From positions 5,615 to 69,614 of the forward strand of contig SCUS01000160.1 of the NCBI GenBank assembly GCA_004297725.1: a stretch of 64,000 nucleotides of DNA, in the 5' to 3' direction. Both the position numbers and the translations under genes were made by a program. The notes under the pieces are model-generated. The model made no database searches. It saw only the letters and a list, made by a program, of their open reading frames with translations, and had not been told where the DNA came from. Below are positions 35,465 through 45,268 of this stretch, one piece after another (position 1 is the first letter of the stretch; every line of letters begins with the position of its first letter). Origin of the DNA: Myxococcaceae bacterium. Its GTDB lineage: Bacteria > Myxococcota_A > Polyangia > Polyangiales > Ga0077539.

Positions 35465-36244
35465 GTGCCACTCCTCTACGCCCACCGGGGGGCCGCCTCC
35501 GAGCAGCCCGAGAACACCCTGCCCTCCTTCGCTCGCGCCCTGGAGCTGGGGGCCGACGCGCTGGAGACCGACCTGCACCTCACCGCCGACGGACACGTCG
35601 TGGCCTCGCACGACGCGACGCTCTCCCGCATGGCGGGCGTGCCCGTGGTGATACGCCGGGCGACGCTGGAGGAGCTGCGGCGCTGCGACGTGGGCTGGGG
35701 CTTCGTCGACCGCGACGGGCGCCGTCCCTTCGAGGGTCGAGGGCTGCGGGTGCCGACCCTGGAGGAGCTGCTCGACGCCTTCCCGGGGGTGAGCTGGAAC
35801 GTCGACGTGAAGCAGCGGGCGCCCTCGATGGTGGGGCCGGTGCTCGAGCTGCTGCGTCGCAAGCGCGCGGAGTCGCGGGTGCTGGTGGCGAGCTTCGACG
35901 CCGCGACGCTGAGGGCGGTGCGCGCGGCGGGCTACTCCGGCCGCACGGGCCTCGGGCTCACGGAGGTGCTGAGGCTCTACGCGGCGCCGCTCGCGGCGCT
36001 GAAGGCGGTGCGGCTCGGGGGAGGCGCGGTGCAGATTCCGCCGAGCGCCCAGGGGCTTCGGCTGGATACGCCGGGCTTCGTGGCGAAGTGCCACGCGCTG
36101 GGGCTGAGGGTGGACTACTGGACCATCGATGACCCGGCGGAGGCCGAGCGGCTGCTGACGCTGGGCGCGGACGGGATCATGACCGACGACCCGGCGGCGA
36201 TCGCTCCGGTGTTCAGCCGGTGGCGCGAGGCCTCGAGGGGCTGA
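35465..36244 (+). CDS. Glycerophosphodiester phosphodiesterase family protein
   Basis: GTG 35465. LLYAHRGA....PENTL.SF..AL.LGAD.LETDLHLT.DG..V..HD, and a C-terminal VDYWTIDDP.....L..GADGIMTD. Confidence 0.85.
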   Translation: MPLLYAHRGAASEQPENTLPSFARALELGADALETDLHLTADGHVVASHDATLSRMAGVPVVIRRATLEELRRCDVGWGFVDRDGRRPFEGRGLRVPTLEELLDAFPGVSWNVDVKQRAPSMVGPVLELLRRKRAESRVLVASFDAATLRAVRAAGYSGRTGLGLTEVLRLYAAPLAALKAVRLGGGAVQIPPSAQGLRLDTPGFVAKCHALGLRVDYWTIDDPAEAERLLTLGADGIMTDDPAAIAPVFSRWREASRG

Positions 36245-36256
36245 GAGCCCGGGCCC

Positions 36257-36574
36257 TCAGTTGCTGCGCACGTTGACGGTGGTCGCGCGGGCGTCGCCGA
36301 GGGTGATGGTGCTGCAGAGGATGATGCCGTTGGAGCCCGACATCAGGCAGCTGTTGCAGGGGTTGCCGACGCATCCCGCGGGGATCGACCTGCACGCGGC
36401 GCCCGTCGCGACGGAGCCGTTGGTCGCCTGCTCGCAGTACTGGGTGCTGGCGATGCAGCGCAGCGTCACGCTCCCGCCGGTACAGCTGAACGAGTCGTCC
36501 GTGGTGTCACCCCCACAGCCGCCCAGCAGCAACATCGCCAACAACGCCCCGACCAGCATCACCATGCTCTTCAT
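36257..36574 (-). CDS. Small Cys-rich lipoprotein (hypothetical)
   Basis: MKSMVMLVGALLAMLLLGGC lipobox. 105 aa with 9 further Cys. Confidence 0.6.
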   Translation of the reverse strand: MKSMVMLVGALLAMLLLGGCGGDTTDDSFSCTGGSVTLRCIASTQYCEQATNGSVATGAACRSIPAGCVGNPCNSCLMSGSNGIILCSTITLGDARATTVNVRSN

Positions 36575-36670
36575 CGCATCCCATCCTTCGTCGACGGCGC
36601 GTCGCCGTGGCGACCGCTCGTGCGCGCCCGAGGGTGTAACGCACGTCCTCGCTTCGCGACACCCCCCCGC

Positions 36671-37747
36671 TCAGCCCTCCTCGACGACCCAGGCGGCGCC
36701 CTCGTCGATCGCCGCGAACACCGCGTCGCCTTCCCCGAGGCCCAGCGCTCGAAACACCCTCCTGGGCATCCTCGCCAGCAGGGGGTAGCCGCAGTCGAGG
36801 GCCACCACCGTGAAGGCCCCCTCGTCCTCGACGCGCAGCACCCGCCCCGGTGCGCCGTTGCGCCCGCCGCCGGGGTCGCGGGCCAGCAGCGCCACGTCCT
36901 CGGCCCTCACGCACACCCTCACCGCACCGGTGACTCCGACCGGCGCCGAGGCCGCCAGCTCTCGCCCTCCGGCGAGCAGCACCGCGCCGCCCTCCGTCGC
37001 GCGCAGCACCGTCGCGCGCACCAGGGTGTCCACCCCGAGGATGCGCGCCGTCGCCGCGTCGCGAGGGCGCTCGAAGACCTCGCCCACGGGACCGGACTGG
37101 CGCACCCGCCCCGCGTCGAGCACCGCCAGCGAGTCTCCGATGGCCATGGCCTCCGAGGGGTCGTGCGTCACCAGCAGCGTCGGCAGGGAGAGTTCTCGCA
37201 CCCAGCGGCGGAGGTCGGCGCGCAGGGCCGAGCGCGTGGGGTGGTCGAGCGCCGAGAAGGGCTCGTCGAGCAGCAGCAGCGAGGGCCGGCGGGCGATGGC
37301 CCGGGCGAGCGCCACGCGCTGACGCTCACCCCCGGAGAGGGTCGAGGGCGCCCGGTGTCGCAGGGCGCCGAGCTCGAAGCGGGCCACGCACTCGTCGACC
37401 CGGCGGGATCGCTCCGAGGGGCTGAGCGCGTCGAGGCCGAAGGCCACGTTGGCGGCGACGTCGAGGTGGGGGAAGAGGGCGCCGTGCTGCGCGACGAAGC
37501 CCACGTCCCGGCGCTGCGGAGGCACCCAGGTGGTCGCGTCGAACCAGGGGCGGCCGCGCCAGGAGACGATCCCCGCGGAGGGGCGGTCGAGGCCCGCGAG
37601 GCAGCGCAGGAGGGTGCTCTTGCCCGCGCCCGACGGGCCGAAGAGCACCGCGATGGGGAAGGCCCCGGCGTCGAGGGAGAGCTCGGCCGAGCGGCGCGTA
37701 CCGCGGGCTGCGCGCAGCTCGACGCGGGCGATCAGGTCGTCGGCCAC
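36671..37747 (-). CDS. modC: Molybdate ABC transporter ATP-binding protein
   Basis: GTG complement 37745-37747. Walker A GPSGAGKST, LSGGERQRVALARA, LLLDEPFSALD, and a C-terminal TOBE-like domain. Overlaps the modB stop. Confidence 0.88.
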   Translation of the reverse strand: MADDLIARVELRAARGTRRSAELSLDAGAFPIAVLFGPSGAGKSTLLRCLAGLDRPSAGIVSWRGRPWFDATTWVPPQRRDVGFVAQHGALFPHLDVAANVAFGLDALSPSERSRRVDECVARFELGALRHRAPSTLSGGERQRVALARAIARRPSLLLLDEPFSALDHPTRSALRADLRRWVRELSLPTLLVTHDPSEAMAIGDSLAVLDAGRVRQSGPVGEVFERPRDAATARILGVDTLVRATVLRATEGGAVLLAGGRELAASAPVGVTGAVRVCVRAEDVALLARDPGGGRNGAPGRVLRVEDEGAFTVVALDCGYPLLARMPRRVFRALGLGEGDAVFAAIDEGAAWVVEEG

Positions 37748-38406
37748 CGGAAGGCCCCCTCGCGCTGAGCGCGGTAGGTGAGCGCGAGCAGCGCGAAGGA
37801 GAGCGCCACCAGCACCCCGGCGGTGCGGTTGGCGGCCGCGTAGTCGAGCGACTGCACCTGGTCGTAGATGGCCACGGAGACGGTGCGGGTGCGCCCCGGG
37901 AGGTTGCCTCCCAGCATCAGCACCACGCCGAACTCGCCGAGGGTGTGCACGAAGGTGAGCACCGCCGCGGCGACGACCCCAGCGCGGGAGAGGGGCAGCA
38001 CCACGCGGACGAAGGTGCGCGCCCGGTCGGCCCCGAGGCACCACGCGGCCTCGAGCAGCTCGCGGTCGACGCGGGCGAAGGAGGCGCGCATGGGCTGCAC
38101 CGCGAAGGGGAGGCTGTAGAGCACCGAGCCCACGACGAGCCCTGGGAAGGTGAAGGGGAGCGACTCTCCCGTGAGTCGGAGGAGCAGCGCGCCGACGGGG
38201 GAGCGGGGGCCGAGGGCGATGAGGAGGTAGTACCCGAGCACCGTCGGAGGGAGGAGCATCGGCATCGCCACCAGGGCGTCGACCACGTGGCGCCACCGCC
38301 AGCGCGTGGTCGCGAGCCACCACGCGAGGGGCAGCGAGAGCGCGAGCAGGATCACCGTGGTCACGGCGGCGAGGCGCAGGCTCAGCGCGAGGGCGGTCCA
38401 GTCCAT
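37732..38406 (-). CDS. modB: Molybdate ABC transporter permease
   Basis: MDWTALALSLRLA... with the EAA loop (LLEAAWCLGA.R..F..V.LP) and GEFG motif. Confidence 0.88.
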   Translation of the reverse strand: MDWTALALSLRLAAVTTVILLALSLPLAWWLATTRWRWRHVVDALVAMPMLLPPTVLGYYLLIALGPRSPVGALLLRLTGESLPFTFPGLVVGSVLYSLPFAVQPMRASFARVDRELLEAAWCLGADRARTFVRVVLPLSRAGVVAAAVLTFVHTLGEFGVVLMLGGNLPGRTRTVSVAIYDQVQSLDYAAANRTAGVLVALSFALLALTYRAQREGAFRWPTT

Positions 38407-38413
38407 CGGTGGG

Positions 38414-39193
38414 TCAGGGAGAGGGTGGGTCGAAGCCGTGGCGCGCGAAGATCCCACGAGCGGAGGCGGAGCGGAGATACTCTGCGAAGGCCTCGGCGGA
38501 GGGCCGGTGGGCCGCGCGGCGGAGGATGACCCCGCCCTGCTCGATGGGGGGATGGAGCGCGGCGGGGACGACGTAGCGCTGACCGCTGGAGGCGACGCCC
38601 GGGGCATGGGTGAGCGAGAGCGAGACGAGCGCGGCGTCGGCGGCGCCGGACTGGGCCATCTGCATGGCCTGGGCGACGTTTTCTCCGGTGACGAGCTTGG
38701 GGGCGACGGCGGCGGTGAGGCCGGAGGCCGAGAGCGCGGCGACGGCGGCGCGGCCGTAGGGAGCGTGCCGGGGGTTGGCGAGGGCCACTCGGCGGATGGA
38801 GGGGTCGAGCAGGGCGCGCAGCCCGAGCGAGGGGAGGTCGAGGTGGGGAGCGCGAGGCACCCAGAGCGCGAGGTGGCCCCGGGCGTAGCGGAAGAGCGAG
38901 CGGGGTTGGGCGAGGCCGAGGGTGACGAGCTCGCGGGCGAGGGACTCGTCGGCGGAGAGGAAGACGTCGAAGGGAGCGCCCTGGGAGATCTGCGCCACGA
39001 GGCTCCCGGAGGCGCCGAAGGAGAGCTCGACGAGGAGCTCGGGGTGGGAGGAGCGAAGGTCGGCGAGGAGCTCGGCGAGGACGTAGCGGAGGTCGGAGGC
39101 GGCGGCGACGGCGACCCGGTGTGGGGACGCCGTGCGGCGACGGCAGGCGAGCGCGGAGAGCGAGAGCAGCAGGAGCGAGCGGCGCGGGAGCAT
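38414..39193 (-). CDS. modA: Molybdate ABC transporter substrate-binding protein
   Basis: V.VAAASDL......L...........V..SFGASGSL..QI.QGAPFDVF.SAD. Sits upstream of modB and modC. Confidence 0.85.
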   Translation of the reverse strand: MLPRRSLLLLSLSALACRRRTASPHRVAVAAASDLRYVLAELLADLRSSHPELLVELSFGASGSLVAQISQGAPFDVFLSADESLARELVTLGLAQPRSLFRYARGHLALWVPRAPHLDLPSLGLRALLDPSIRRVALANPRHAPYGRAAVAALSASGLTAAVAPKLVTGENVAQAMQMAQSGAADAALVSLSLTHAPGVASSGQRYVVPAALHPPIEQGGVILRRAAHRPSAEAFAEYLRSASARGIFARHGFDPPSP

Positions 39194-39449
39194 CGGAGGG
39201 CCGGACGCTAGCGCACACGAGGCGAGAGAGGCGTGGCGCAGGTGATGAACCGAAGGGCATCGGTGCCCAGCTTCGGCACGCGTGCCGTTCGTGGGATGCC
39301 GACGATGGTTGATCCTCGCCGATCACGGGTGCGACCCTCCTACGCAACCCATGCCGAAACAGAGACCCTCGCCCGGGGCCGCGAAGCACTCGTCCGCCGC
39401 GACGGCGATCACCGGGCAGGATCGGCTCGGGATGGCCGGCGGGGTCTGA

Positions 39450-40178
39450 GTGGAGACCGCTGGGACGAAGGAGAAGGTCACTCGGTACGGCATCGCCTTC
39501 GTGACGGTGCTCCTGGGCCTCTACGCGGCGAGCCTCGTCGCAGGAGACTACTCGCGCGGCCCGAACAGCGAATTCGACTTGTCGGGCTTGCGCTCGCTCG
39601 TCGTGATCGGCCTGGCGGCCACCCATTTCGTGCTCCTGGCGGTCGCGGGGCTCGCCCTGCGGCTCTCTGGAAGGAAGAGCTGGGGACGCGCCGTTCACAT
39701 GGCGTGCGCGCTCTCGCTGCCCCTCGTCGTGCTCTCGATCGGAGGCGGCGGGCTCCTCTCACAGGCGCGCAGCGCGCGTGAGTCTGAGCGGCGCGACCGC
39801 GAGACCGAGGCGCGCAACGTCGCTGCGCGAGCCGCCGAAGCGGCGCAGGCAGCGAGCATCGAGCGCGCGCTCCGAGCCAATCCGAGTGACACGAGCGCTC
39901 TCTCTCGACGGGCCGAGCAGAGCGCGCGCCGAAACGACTTCGGCAACGCGATCGTGGACCTGAGGAGAGTCATCGCGCTCGAGCCCGACAACGTGCAGGC
40001 GCACGTCGAGCTCGCGCGGGCGCTCACTGCCACGCAGAAGTACGACGAGGCCATCGCAGCCTACGAAGCAGCCATGCGGCTGAACCCTTCGCTGACAGCC
40101 ACTCTCGCCCCAGCCGTCCGACAGTGTCGGGAGCTCGGGCAGAGGCAGTCACCTCGAAGCGACTCCAGCACTCGATGA
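39450..40178 (+). CDS. Membrane protein with a C-terminal TPR region
   Basis: GTG start and three to four predicted TM helices. The tail reads ...FGNAIVDLRRVIALEPDNVQAHVELARAL..TQKYDEAIAAYEAAMRLNP. Confidence 0.6.
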   Translation: METAGTKEKVTRYGIAFVTVLLGLYAASLVAGDYSRGPNSEFDLSGLRSLVVIGLAATHFVLLAVAGLALRLSGRKSWGRAVHMACALSLPLVVLSIGGGGLLSQARSARESERRDRETEARNVAARAAEAAQAASIERALRANPSDTSALSRRAEQSARRNDFGNAIVDLRRVIALEPDNVQAHVELARALTATQKYDEAIAAYEAAMRLNPSLTATLAPAVRQCRELGQRQSPRSDSSTR

Positions 40179-40193
40179 TGGAGGAGAGCGTCC

Positions 40194-41891
40194 TCAGCGG
40201 GCCGAGCGCCAGTACTCGACCGTCTCGGCGATGACCGACGCGAGGTGGTCGCCGCCGTCGACGCCCCAGAAGCCGTCCGCGGGCTGGTTGTTGCGCACCC
40301 TCGCGCGGCCGTTGTCGGGGAAGCGCGCGTGGTCGGTCTGCACGTCGGCGGGCAGCACCCCGCTCATGGCGTGCTGGTGGCAGCCCACGCAGTTCGAGCG
40401 CACCATGCCGGGGCCCGCGTCGATGTACGGGTTGGAGCACCACGAGGGGCCGCCGCGGCCCTCGTGCACGGTGCGCAGCGCGGCGGCCAGCGAGGGGGCG
40501 TCCTGCGCGAAGCCTCCGGCGGGATCAGGGTCCTGCTCGTCGAAGTCGGTCGCGACGCACATCTTGTAGGACGACCAGGGCCCGCCCAGCGAGCGGACCG
40601 CGGCGGGGCGATCGGCGCCGAAGTCCGTGTCCGGCGTCGGCGACCACCAGAGCGTGATGTTGAGCCAGTGGTCGAGCTCGCGCGTGCGGATGTGCATCCC
40701 GGCCAGGCGGAAGCCGCTGCCCGCGGCGAGGCGCATCGTGTACGCCTCGCGGTCGGCGGGCTCCGCCGTGCCGTCGCCCGTCCCCCAGGTGGCGTCGGCG
40801 CCTGGGGCGAGGCGCCTCGCGAGGGCCGGGGCCGAGGTGTCGAAGGTGGGCAGCGGCATCCCGAGGTCGGTGCGCCGCCACTCGAGGGCCACCGTCGCCG
40901 CCGCCGGGGGAAAGACCCCATGGAGGCACGCGGCCATGTTGGTCGTCGGCGGGGTGTACCGCACGTCGAGCACGCCGCTCGCGCTGGGGGAGCGCGTGGT
41001 GACCTTCACCATGAAGAGCCCGGGGCCCTGCACGGTGCACCCGGTCGCGGCGGAGGCCGAGCAACGGGTCGTGGCCGTCGGGGTGACCCCCTCGAGCACG
41101 CGCAGGTCGGTGCCCTCGGCGAGGTCGGCGATGCGCGCGGTGAGCGATCCGCCGGTGGCCACGAAGAAGGGCCCCACCACCCGGGCGCCGCAGCGGGCGA
41201 GGGCGATGGGCTCGCGCGCCACCTGCTGGCTGGCCGCGGGCCCGTCGGCGAAGGCGGGCGGCGCTCCGTTGGCGATGCAGCGGAGCACCTCGGGGTAGCT
41301 CGAGACGAAGTGGCGCACGGCGTCGGGGCTGAGCGCGATGCGCTGCACCCCGGAGACGCCCGACACGGCCGCGGCGGTGCCGAGCGAGGCGGTGTAGGCC
41401 TCGAGCCTCGACGCGGGCCACTCGGGCAGCGTGGTGACGAAGCCGACGTTGAAGCCGAAGGCCTCGTCGAGGGCGGCGTCGGTGAAGCGCTCCTGCGCGG
41501 CGCGACCCGAGGGGCCGAGGTTCTCGTAGAGGCGCTGGAAGGTTCGGGCGACGTCCGCGCGGTCGTACCAGGTCTGGAAGCGCGGCACCGTCGCCCCCGC
41601 CGTGGCGGTCGGGTGCGCGAGGGGCACCGGGCTCAGGGTGCGGGCGACCGCCGCCCAGGCCGCCTCGCGGCGGGCCCGCTGCGAGCGGCGCAGCTCGTCG
41701 CCGCGCGCGCCGAGCGCCGTGTCCGCGGGGTAGCGCGACGCGAGCCCGAGGAGCCAGCGGCCCTCCGCGCTCGCGGACATGGCCTGGGTCTCGATGCCCT
41801 CGCAGGTGGTCGGGGTGGGAGCCGGAGCCGGGCCGCACGCGGGCGCGAGCAGCGCGAGGGCCACGGCGCTCCGCGTGAGGGCCCTGGTCAT
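40194..41891 (-). CDS. Lipoprotein with a single C-terminal CxxCH haem-binding motif (hypothetical cytochrome-like)
   Basis: MTRALTRSAVALALLAPAC lipobox. C-terminus contains SNCVGCHQHA. The ATGA overlap with the upstream gene (41888-41891) suggests an operon. Confidence 0.65.
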   Translation of the reverse strand: MTRALTRSAVALALLAPACGPAPAPTPTTCEGIETQAMSASAEGRWLLGLASRYPADTALGARGDELRRSQRARREAAWAAVARTLSPVPLAHPTATAGATVPRFQTWYDRADVARTFQRLYENLGPSGRAAQERFTDAALDEAFGFNVGFVTTLPEWPASRLEAYTASLGTAAAVSGVSGVQRIALSPDAVRHFVSSYPEVLRCIANGAPPAFADGPAASQQVAREPIALARCGARVVGPFFVATGGSLTARIADLAEGTDLRVLEGVTPTATTRCSASAATGCTVQGPGLFMVKVTTRSPSASGVLDVRYTPPTTNMAACLHGVFPPAAATVALEWRRTDLGMPLPTFDTSAPALARRLAPGADATWGTGDGTAEPADREAYTMRLAAGSGFRLAGMHIRTRELDHWLNITLWWSPTPDTDFGADRPAAVRSLGGPWSSYKMCVATDFDEQDPDPAGGFAQDAPSLAAALRTVHEGRGGPSWCSNPYIDAGPGMVRSNCVGCHQHAMSGVLPADVQTDHARFPDNGRARVRNNQPADGFWGVDGGDHLASVIAETVEYWRSAR

Positions 41892-43285
41892 TGCAGGAGG
41901 GCGGCGTCGCTCGCGATCACGTGCTCGCGGGTGGTGCCGAGGGTTCGGACGAGGAAGTACATCCAGCCGTCGGAGCGGAAGTGGGGGTAGAGCGCGTACT
42001 GGCCCGGGCCCATGGTGGTCACGCGGGTCTGGCGGCCGGTCTGCAGGTCGAGGATGTACACGTTCGACGAGCCCTGGGTGGTGTAGGGCTCGAAGCCGGG
42101 GTCGGCGGCGCCGGTGAAGCCGAGCTCCCTGGCGTCGGCCTCCACGGTGTCGCCGCCGCCGATGTAGTGATGGAACGCGATGAAGCGCTCATCGAAGGAG
42201 AAGGCGGGCTTGGCGCCCTGCACGCAGTAGCGGGCGATCTCGTTGACGGAGGCCATGATGGCGGAGCCCGTGTGGCTCGCCTGGAGGCGGTGCAGGATGT
42301 AGCCCTGGTAGTCGCCGGCGGCGTCGACGAAGCGGGTGATCAGCAGCCGCGAGGAGGGCGAGATGACGCCGTCGCCCTGGAGGGGCGTCGGGACGCTGCG
42401 CGACCCGACGTTGCTGAACCCGGCGCCGGTGTTGGCCATCAGGGTGATGGAGGTCGTGGCGGTGGCGGTCCAGCGCTCGTTGCGCGGGGTCTCGGTGAGC
42501 GTCGGGGCGTGGCCGCCGTCGTCCCAGGCGGCGGTGCCCGCGGAGGAGGCCCAGTAGTCGCCGCCGTCGAGGGAGGCGGCCAGGTGCTGGTAGAGGCTCG
42601 CCGAGCTGCCCGTGCAGGGGGAGCCCGCGCCGGTGATGGCCACGGAGGTGGGGGTGCCGGTGGTGAGCGCGCTCATCGGGCAGTTGCGGCCGCCCGGCTG
42701 GTACATGAAGCCGCTGTTGTCGGGATAGAACGCCGGGTCGTACATGGCGCCGGCGGCGGTGATGTCGGCCTCGCGGGCGAGGTCGCGCAGCCGGGTGCTG
42801 CGACCCACGAAGCGGCCGTCGGCGGAGCTGCGGGTCCAGAAGCCGGAGCGGTTGGAGGAGGTGAAGAGCAGGCGGAGGTGGGCGGCGGCGATGGCCGAGC
42901 GGTTGGCCCCGATGTCGTCGGCGCCGACCAGCGGAACCGTCGCGAGGCAGTCCTGCGGGCGGGCGGCGCCGGCGCAGCCGTGCATCATCATCCCGCGGCT
43001 GCGGTTGAGCGCGCTCCAGCCCATGGTGGACATGGCGGTCACGTGGGCCGCGACCTCGGGCGAGATGCTGCCGCACTCACCCGCCGGGACGTCCGACGCC
43101 ACCGGCATGTCGGTCACCACCGGCGTGTCGGTCGCGGGAGCGTCGATCGCAGGCGTGTCGGCCGGCGTGACGACATCGACGCCAGCGTCCACAGGCGACG
43201 GGCTCGGGTCGTCGGAGCAGCCGGCGAGCGATGCGAGCAGGGTGACAGAGACAAACCGGATCCCATGGGCGAGGGCAGATCGCAT
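41888..43285 (-). CDS. Hypothetical lipoprotein (beta-propeller-like C-terminus)
   Basis: VTLLASLAGC lipobox, D/P/T/V-rich linker, and a C-terminal ...NVYILDLQTGRQTRVTTMG.GQYALYPHFRSDGWMYFLV motif resembling a TolB/DPP-IV-type blade. Confidence 0.6.
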   Translation of the reverse strand: MRSALAHGIRFVSVTLLASLAGCSDDPSPSPVDAGVDVVTPADTPAIDAPATDTPVVTDMPVASDVPAGECGSISPEVAAHVTAMSTMGWSALNRSRGMMMHGCAGAARPQDCLATVPLVGADDIGANRSAIAAAHLRLLFTSSNRSGFWTRSSADGRFVGRSTRLRDLAREADITAAGAMYDPAFYPDNSGFMYQPGGRNCPMSALTTGTPTSVAITGAGSPCTGSSASLYQHLAASLDGGDYWASSAGTAAWDDGGHAPTLTETPRNERWTATATTSITLMANTGAGFSNVGSRSVPTPLQGDGVISPSSRLLITRFVDAAGDYQGYILHRLQASHTGSAIMASVNEIARYCVQGAKPAFSFDERFIAFHHYIGGGDTVEADARELGFTGAADPGFEPYTTQGSSNVYILDLQTGRQTRVTTMGPGQYALYPHFRSDGWMYFLVRTLGTTREHVIASDAALLQ

Positions 43286-43399
43286 AGGGGGCGCATACTA
43301 GGGGCGTTGTTTGTGATGGGGAAGAGCCCACCGCGACGATCCACGCGCTGCGACATCTCGCCGCGGGAATGGGGTTCAGCGTGGCCCGGCGGTTGCGAT

Positions 43400-45226
43400 A
43401 TGGTCCGCGCCCAAACGATGACCCCCCGATTCCGTCGACCCCGGTTTCGTGCGCCTGCGTTGATCGCGGGCGCGCTGCTCATGTCTGGCGTCGCCCAGGC
43501 TCAACAGTACATCAACCTCCCGGGCACGCAGCCTGGCGGGCTCGACGAGGGCGCGCCGCTGGACAGCTCCAGCTCGTGCGGCGTCACCTGCCATTACTCG
43601 CGCGACATCACCGAGGCGAGCGCGATGCCCTACGACACCTGGGCGGGCTCGATGATGGCCAACGCCATGCGCGACCCGCTCTTCCTCGCGGCGCTCACCG
43701 TCGCCGAGCAGGACGCCCCCGGCGCGGGCGACTACTGCCTCCGCTGCCACACCCCGCCGGGCTTCGTGGGGGGTCGCACCCGCTCCACGCCGACGGCCTC
43801 GCGCGGCACGGCCCTCGAGTCCGCCGACCTCGACGGGGTGACCTGCGACAGCTGTCACCGCATGACCGCCACGACCAACCTCGGCAACGCGCAGTACGTG
43901 CTCTCCCCGACGGAGACCCGCTTCGGGCCGTACCCGGTCATCGAGAGCATCCGCCACCCGGGCGAGGCCTCGGCCTGGCTCGCCGATCCTCGGATGTGCG
44001 GCACCTGCCACGAGATCACCAACCCCACGCAGCCGCTGCGCCGCGCGGACGGCACCGACACCGGGCAGCGCTTCCCGCTCGACACCACCTACAGCGAGTG
44101 GTCGCGCTCGGCCTTCGCGGTCGCCGGCTCGCCGGGCGCGGCCACCTGCCAGGACTGCCACATGCCCCGCCTCGGCGCGCAGGGCCGCGTGTCGACCAAC
44201 GGCACCGCCATGCTGCGGGAGAACCCGCGACGGCACGACTTCGCGGGCGTCAACGCGTGGGCGCTTCGGGTGCTCGCGTCGATGCGCAACGACGTGTCCA
44301 CGGGGGAGTTCTACAACCCCGAGGCGGTGCCCTTCTACGAGGCGGGCGCGCAGCGGGCCGAGGCGATGCTCCGCACCGCCGTCTCCGTGGAGGTGCGCTC
44401 GGCGCCCACGCAGGCCATGCCGGGCGAGTCCATCGAGGTCGTCGCCCGCATCACCAACCGCATCGGCCACCGCGTGCCGACGGGCTACGCCGACGGCCGG
44501 CGCATGTGGCTCGAGGTGGCGCTCGTCGACGCCGAGGGCGCCGCGACGGTGGTCTCCGGCGCCTACGACACCGCGCAGGCGCACCTCGACGTGGCCGACC
44601 CGCAGCTCAAGCTCTACGAGGCCCAGCACGGGCGCGCGGGCATGGGCCGCGGGGAGCACATCGCCCTGCACAACACGATCGTCCGCGACACGCGACTGCC
44701 GCCGCGGGGCTACCAGCCGCTGCCGGGCCACGAGCCCGTCGGGGTCGACTACTCGGGCGGCGAGGGCGGAGCGCTGCGGCACTGGGACGACGCGCGGTAC
44801 ACCTTCCGGCTCCCCACGACGGCGCGGGGGCGCATGACGCTGCGGGTGCGGGCGCGCTTCCAGGTGACCACCCGGGAGTACGTGGAGTTTCTCGCGAGCG
44901 AGAACCGCACCGACGACCGCGGGCGCGAGCTGCTGCGGCGCTACGAGGCCTCCGGGCGCGCGGCGCCCTTCGACATGGCCGAGGCGACCTCGGTCATCAT
45001 GCTCCCGAGCGGCAACACCGACGCGGGCGTCGACGGCGGCGTCGACGGCGGCGCGGGCTCCATGGACGGCTCGATCGCCCCCGCGGAGGCCGGCGGCGGA
45101 TGCAGCTGCCACACGGCGGGCGACGGGCGCTCCACCCGCGGCGGCGCCTCGGCGCTGCTCCTCGGGCTCGCGGCGGCGCTCTCCTCGCGTCGCCGCCGTC
45201 GCTCCCGCGACGCGCAGAACGGCTGA
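43400..45226 (+). CDS. Multihaem c-type cytochrome family protein with a MYXO-CTERM-like sorting tail
   Basis: Four CxxCH motifs (CLRCH, CDSCH, CGTCH, CQDCH) plus one CGVTCH. C-terminus GGGCSCHTAG...ASALLLGLAAALSSRRRRRS fits GC(S/G)C + hydrophobic helix + Arg cluster. Start is 43400 or 43418. Confidence 0.8.
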   Translation: MVRAQTMTPRFRRPRFRAPALIAGALLMSGVAQAQQYINLPGTQPGGLDEGAPLDSSSSCGVTCHYSRDITEASAMPYDTWAGSMMANAMRDPLFLAALTVAEQDAPGAGDYCLRCHTPPGFVGGRTRSTPTASRGTALESADLDGVTCDSCHRMTATTNLGNAQYVLSPTETRFGPYPVIESIRHPGEASAWLADPRMCGTCHEITNPTQPLRRADGTDTGQRFPLDTTYSEWSRSAFAVAGSPGAATCQDCHMPRLGAQGRVSTNGTAMLRENPRRHDFAGVNAWALRVLASMRNDVSTGEFYNPEAVPFYEAGAQRAEAMLRTAVSVEVRSAPTQAMPGESIEVVARITNRIGHRVPTGYADGRRMWLEVALVDAEGAATVVSGAYDTAQAHLDVADPQLKLYEAQHGRAGMGRGEHIALHNTIVRDTRLPPRGYQPLPGHEPVGVDYSGGEGGALRHWDDARYTFRLPTTARGRMTLRVRARFQVTTREYVEFLASENRTDDRGRELLRRYEASGRAAPFDMAEATSVIMLPSGNTDAGVDGGVDGGAGSMDGSIAPAEAGGGCSCHTAGDGRSTRGGASALLLGLAAALSSRRRRRSRDAQNG

Positions 45227-45229
45227 TCC

Positions 45230-45268
45230 CGTTCACAGACTCTGTGAACGCGTTCACAGAGTCTGTGA
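45230..45268. terminator. Two tandem palindromic hairpins (putative bidirectional terminator / REP-like)
   Basis: CGTTCACAGACTCTGTGAACG followed by CGTTCACAGAGTCTGTGA. They fill the gap between the convergent stops at 45226 and 45270. Confidence 0.5.

Noticed and set aside
39200-40190. Slightly lower-GC stretch (modA leader plus the TPR membrane gene) as a possible horizontally acquired islet
   Set aside because: The shift is modest and judged only by eye. There are no flanking repeats, integrase or tRNA, so evidence is insufficient.
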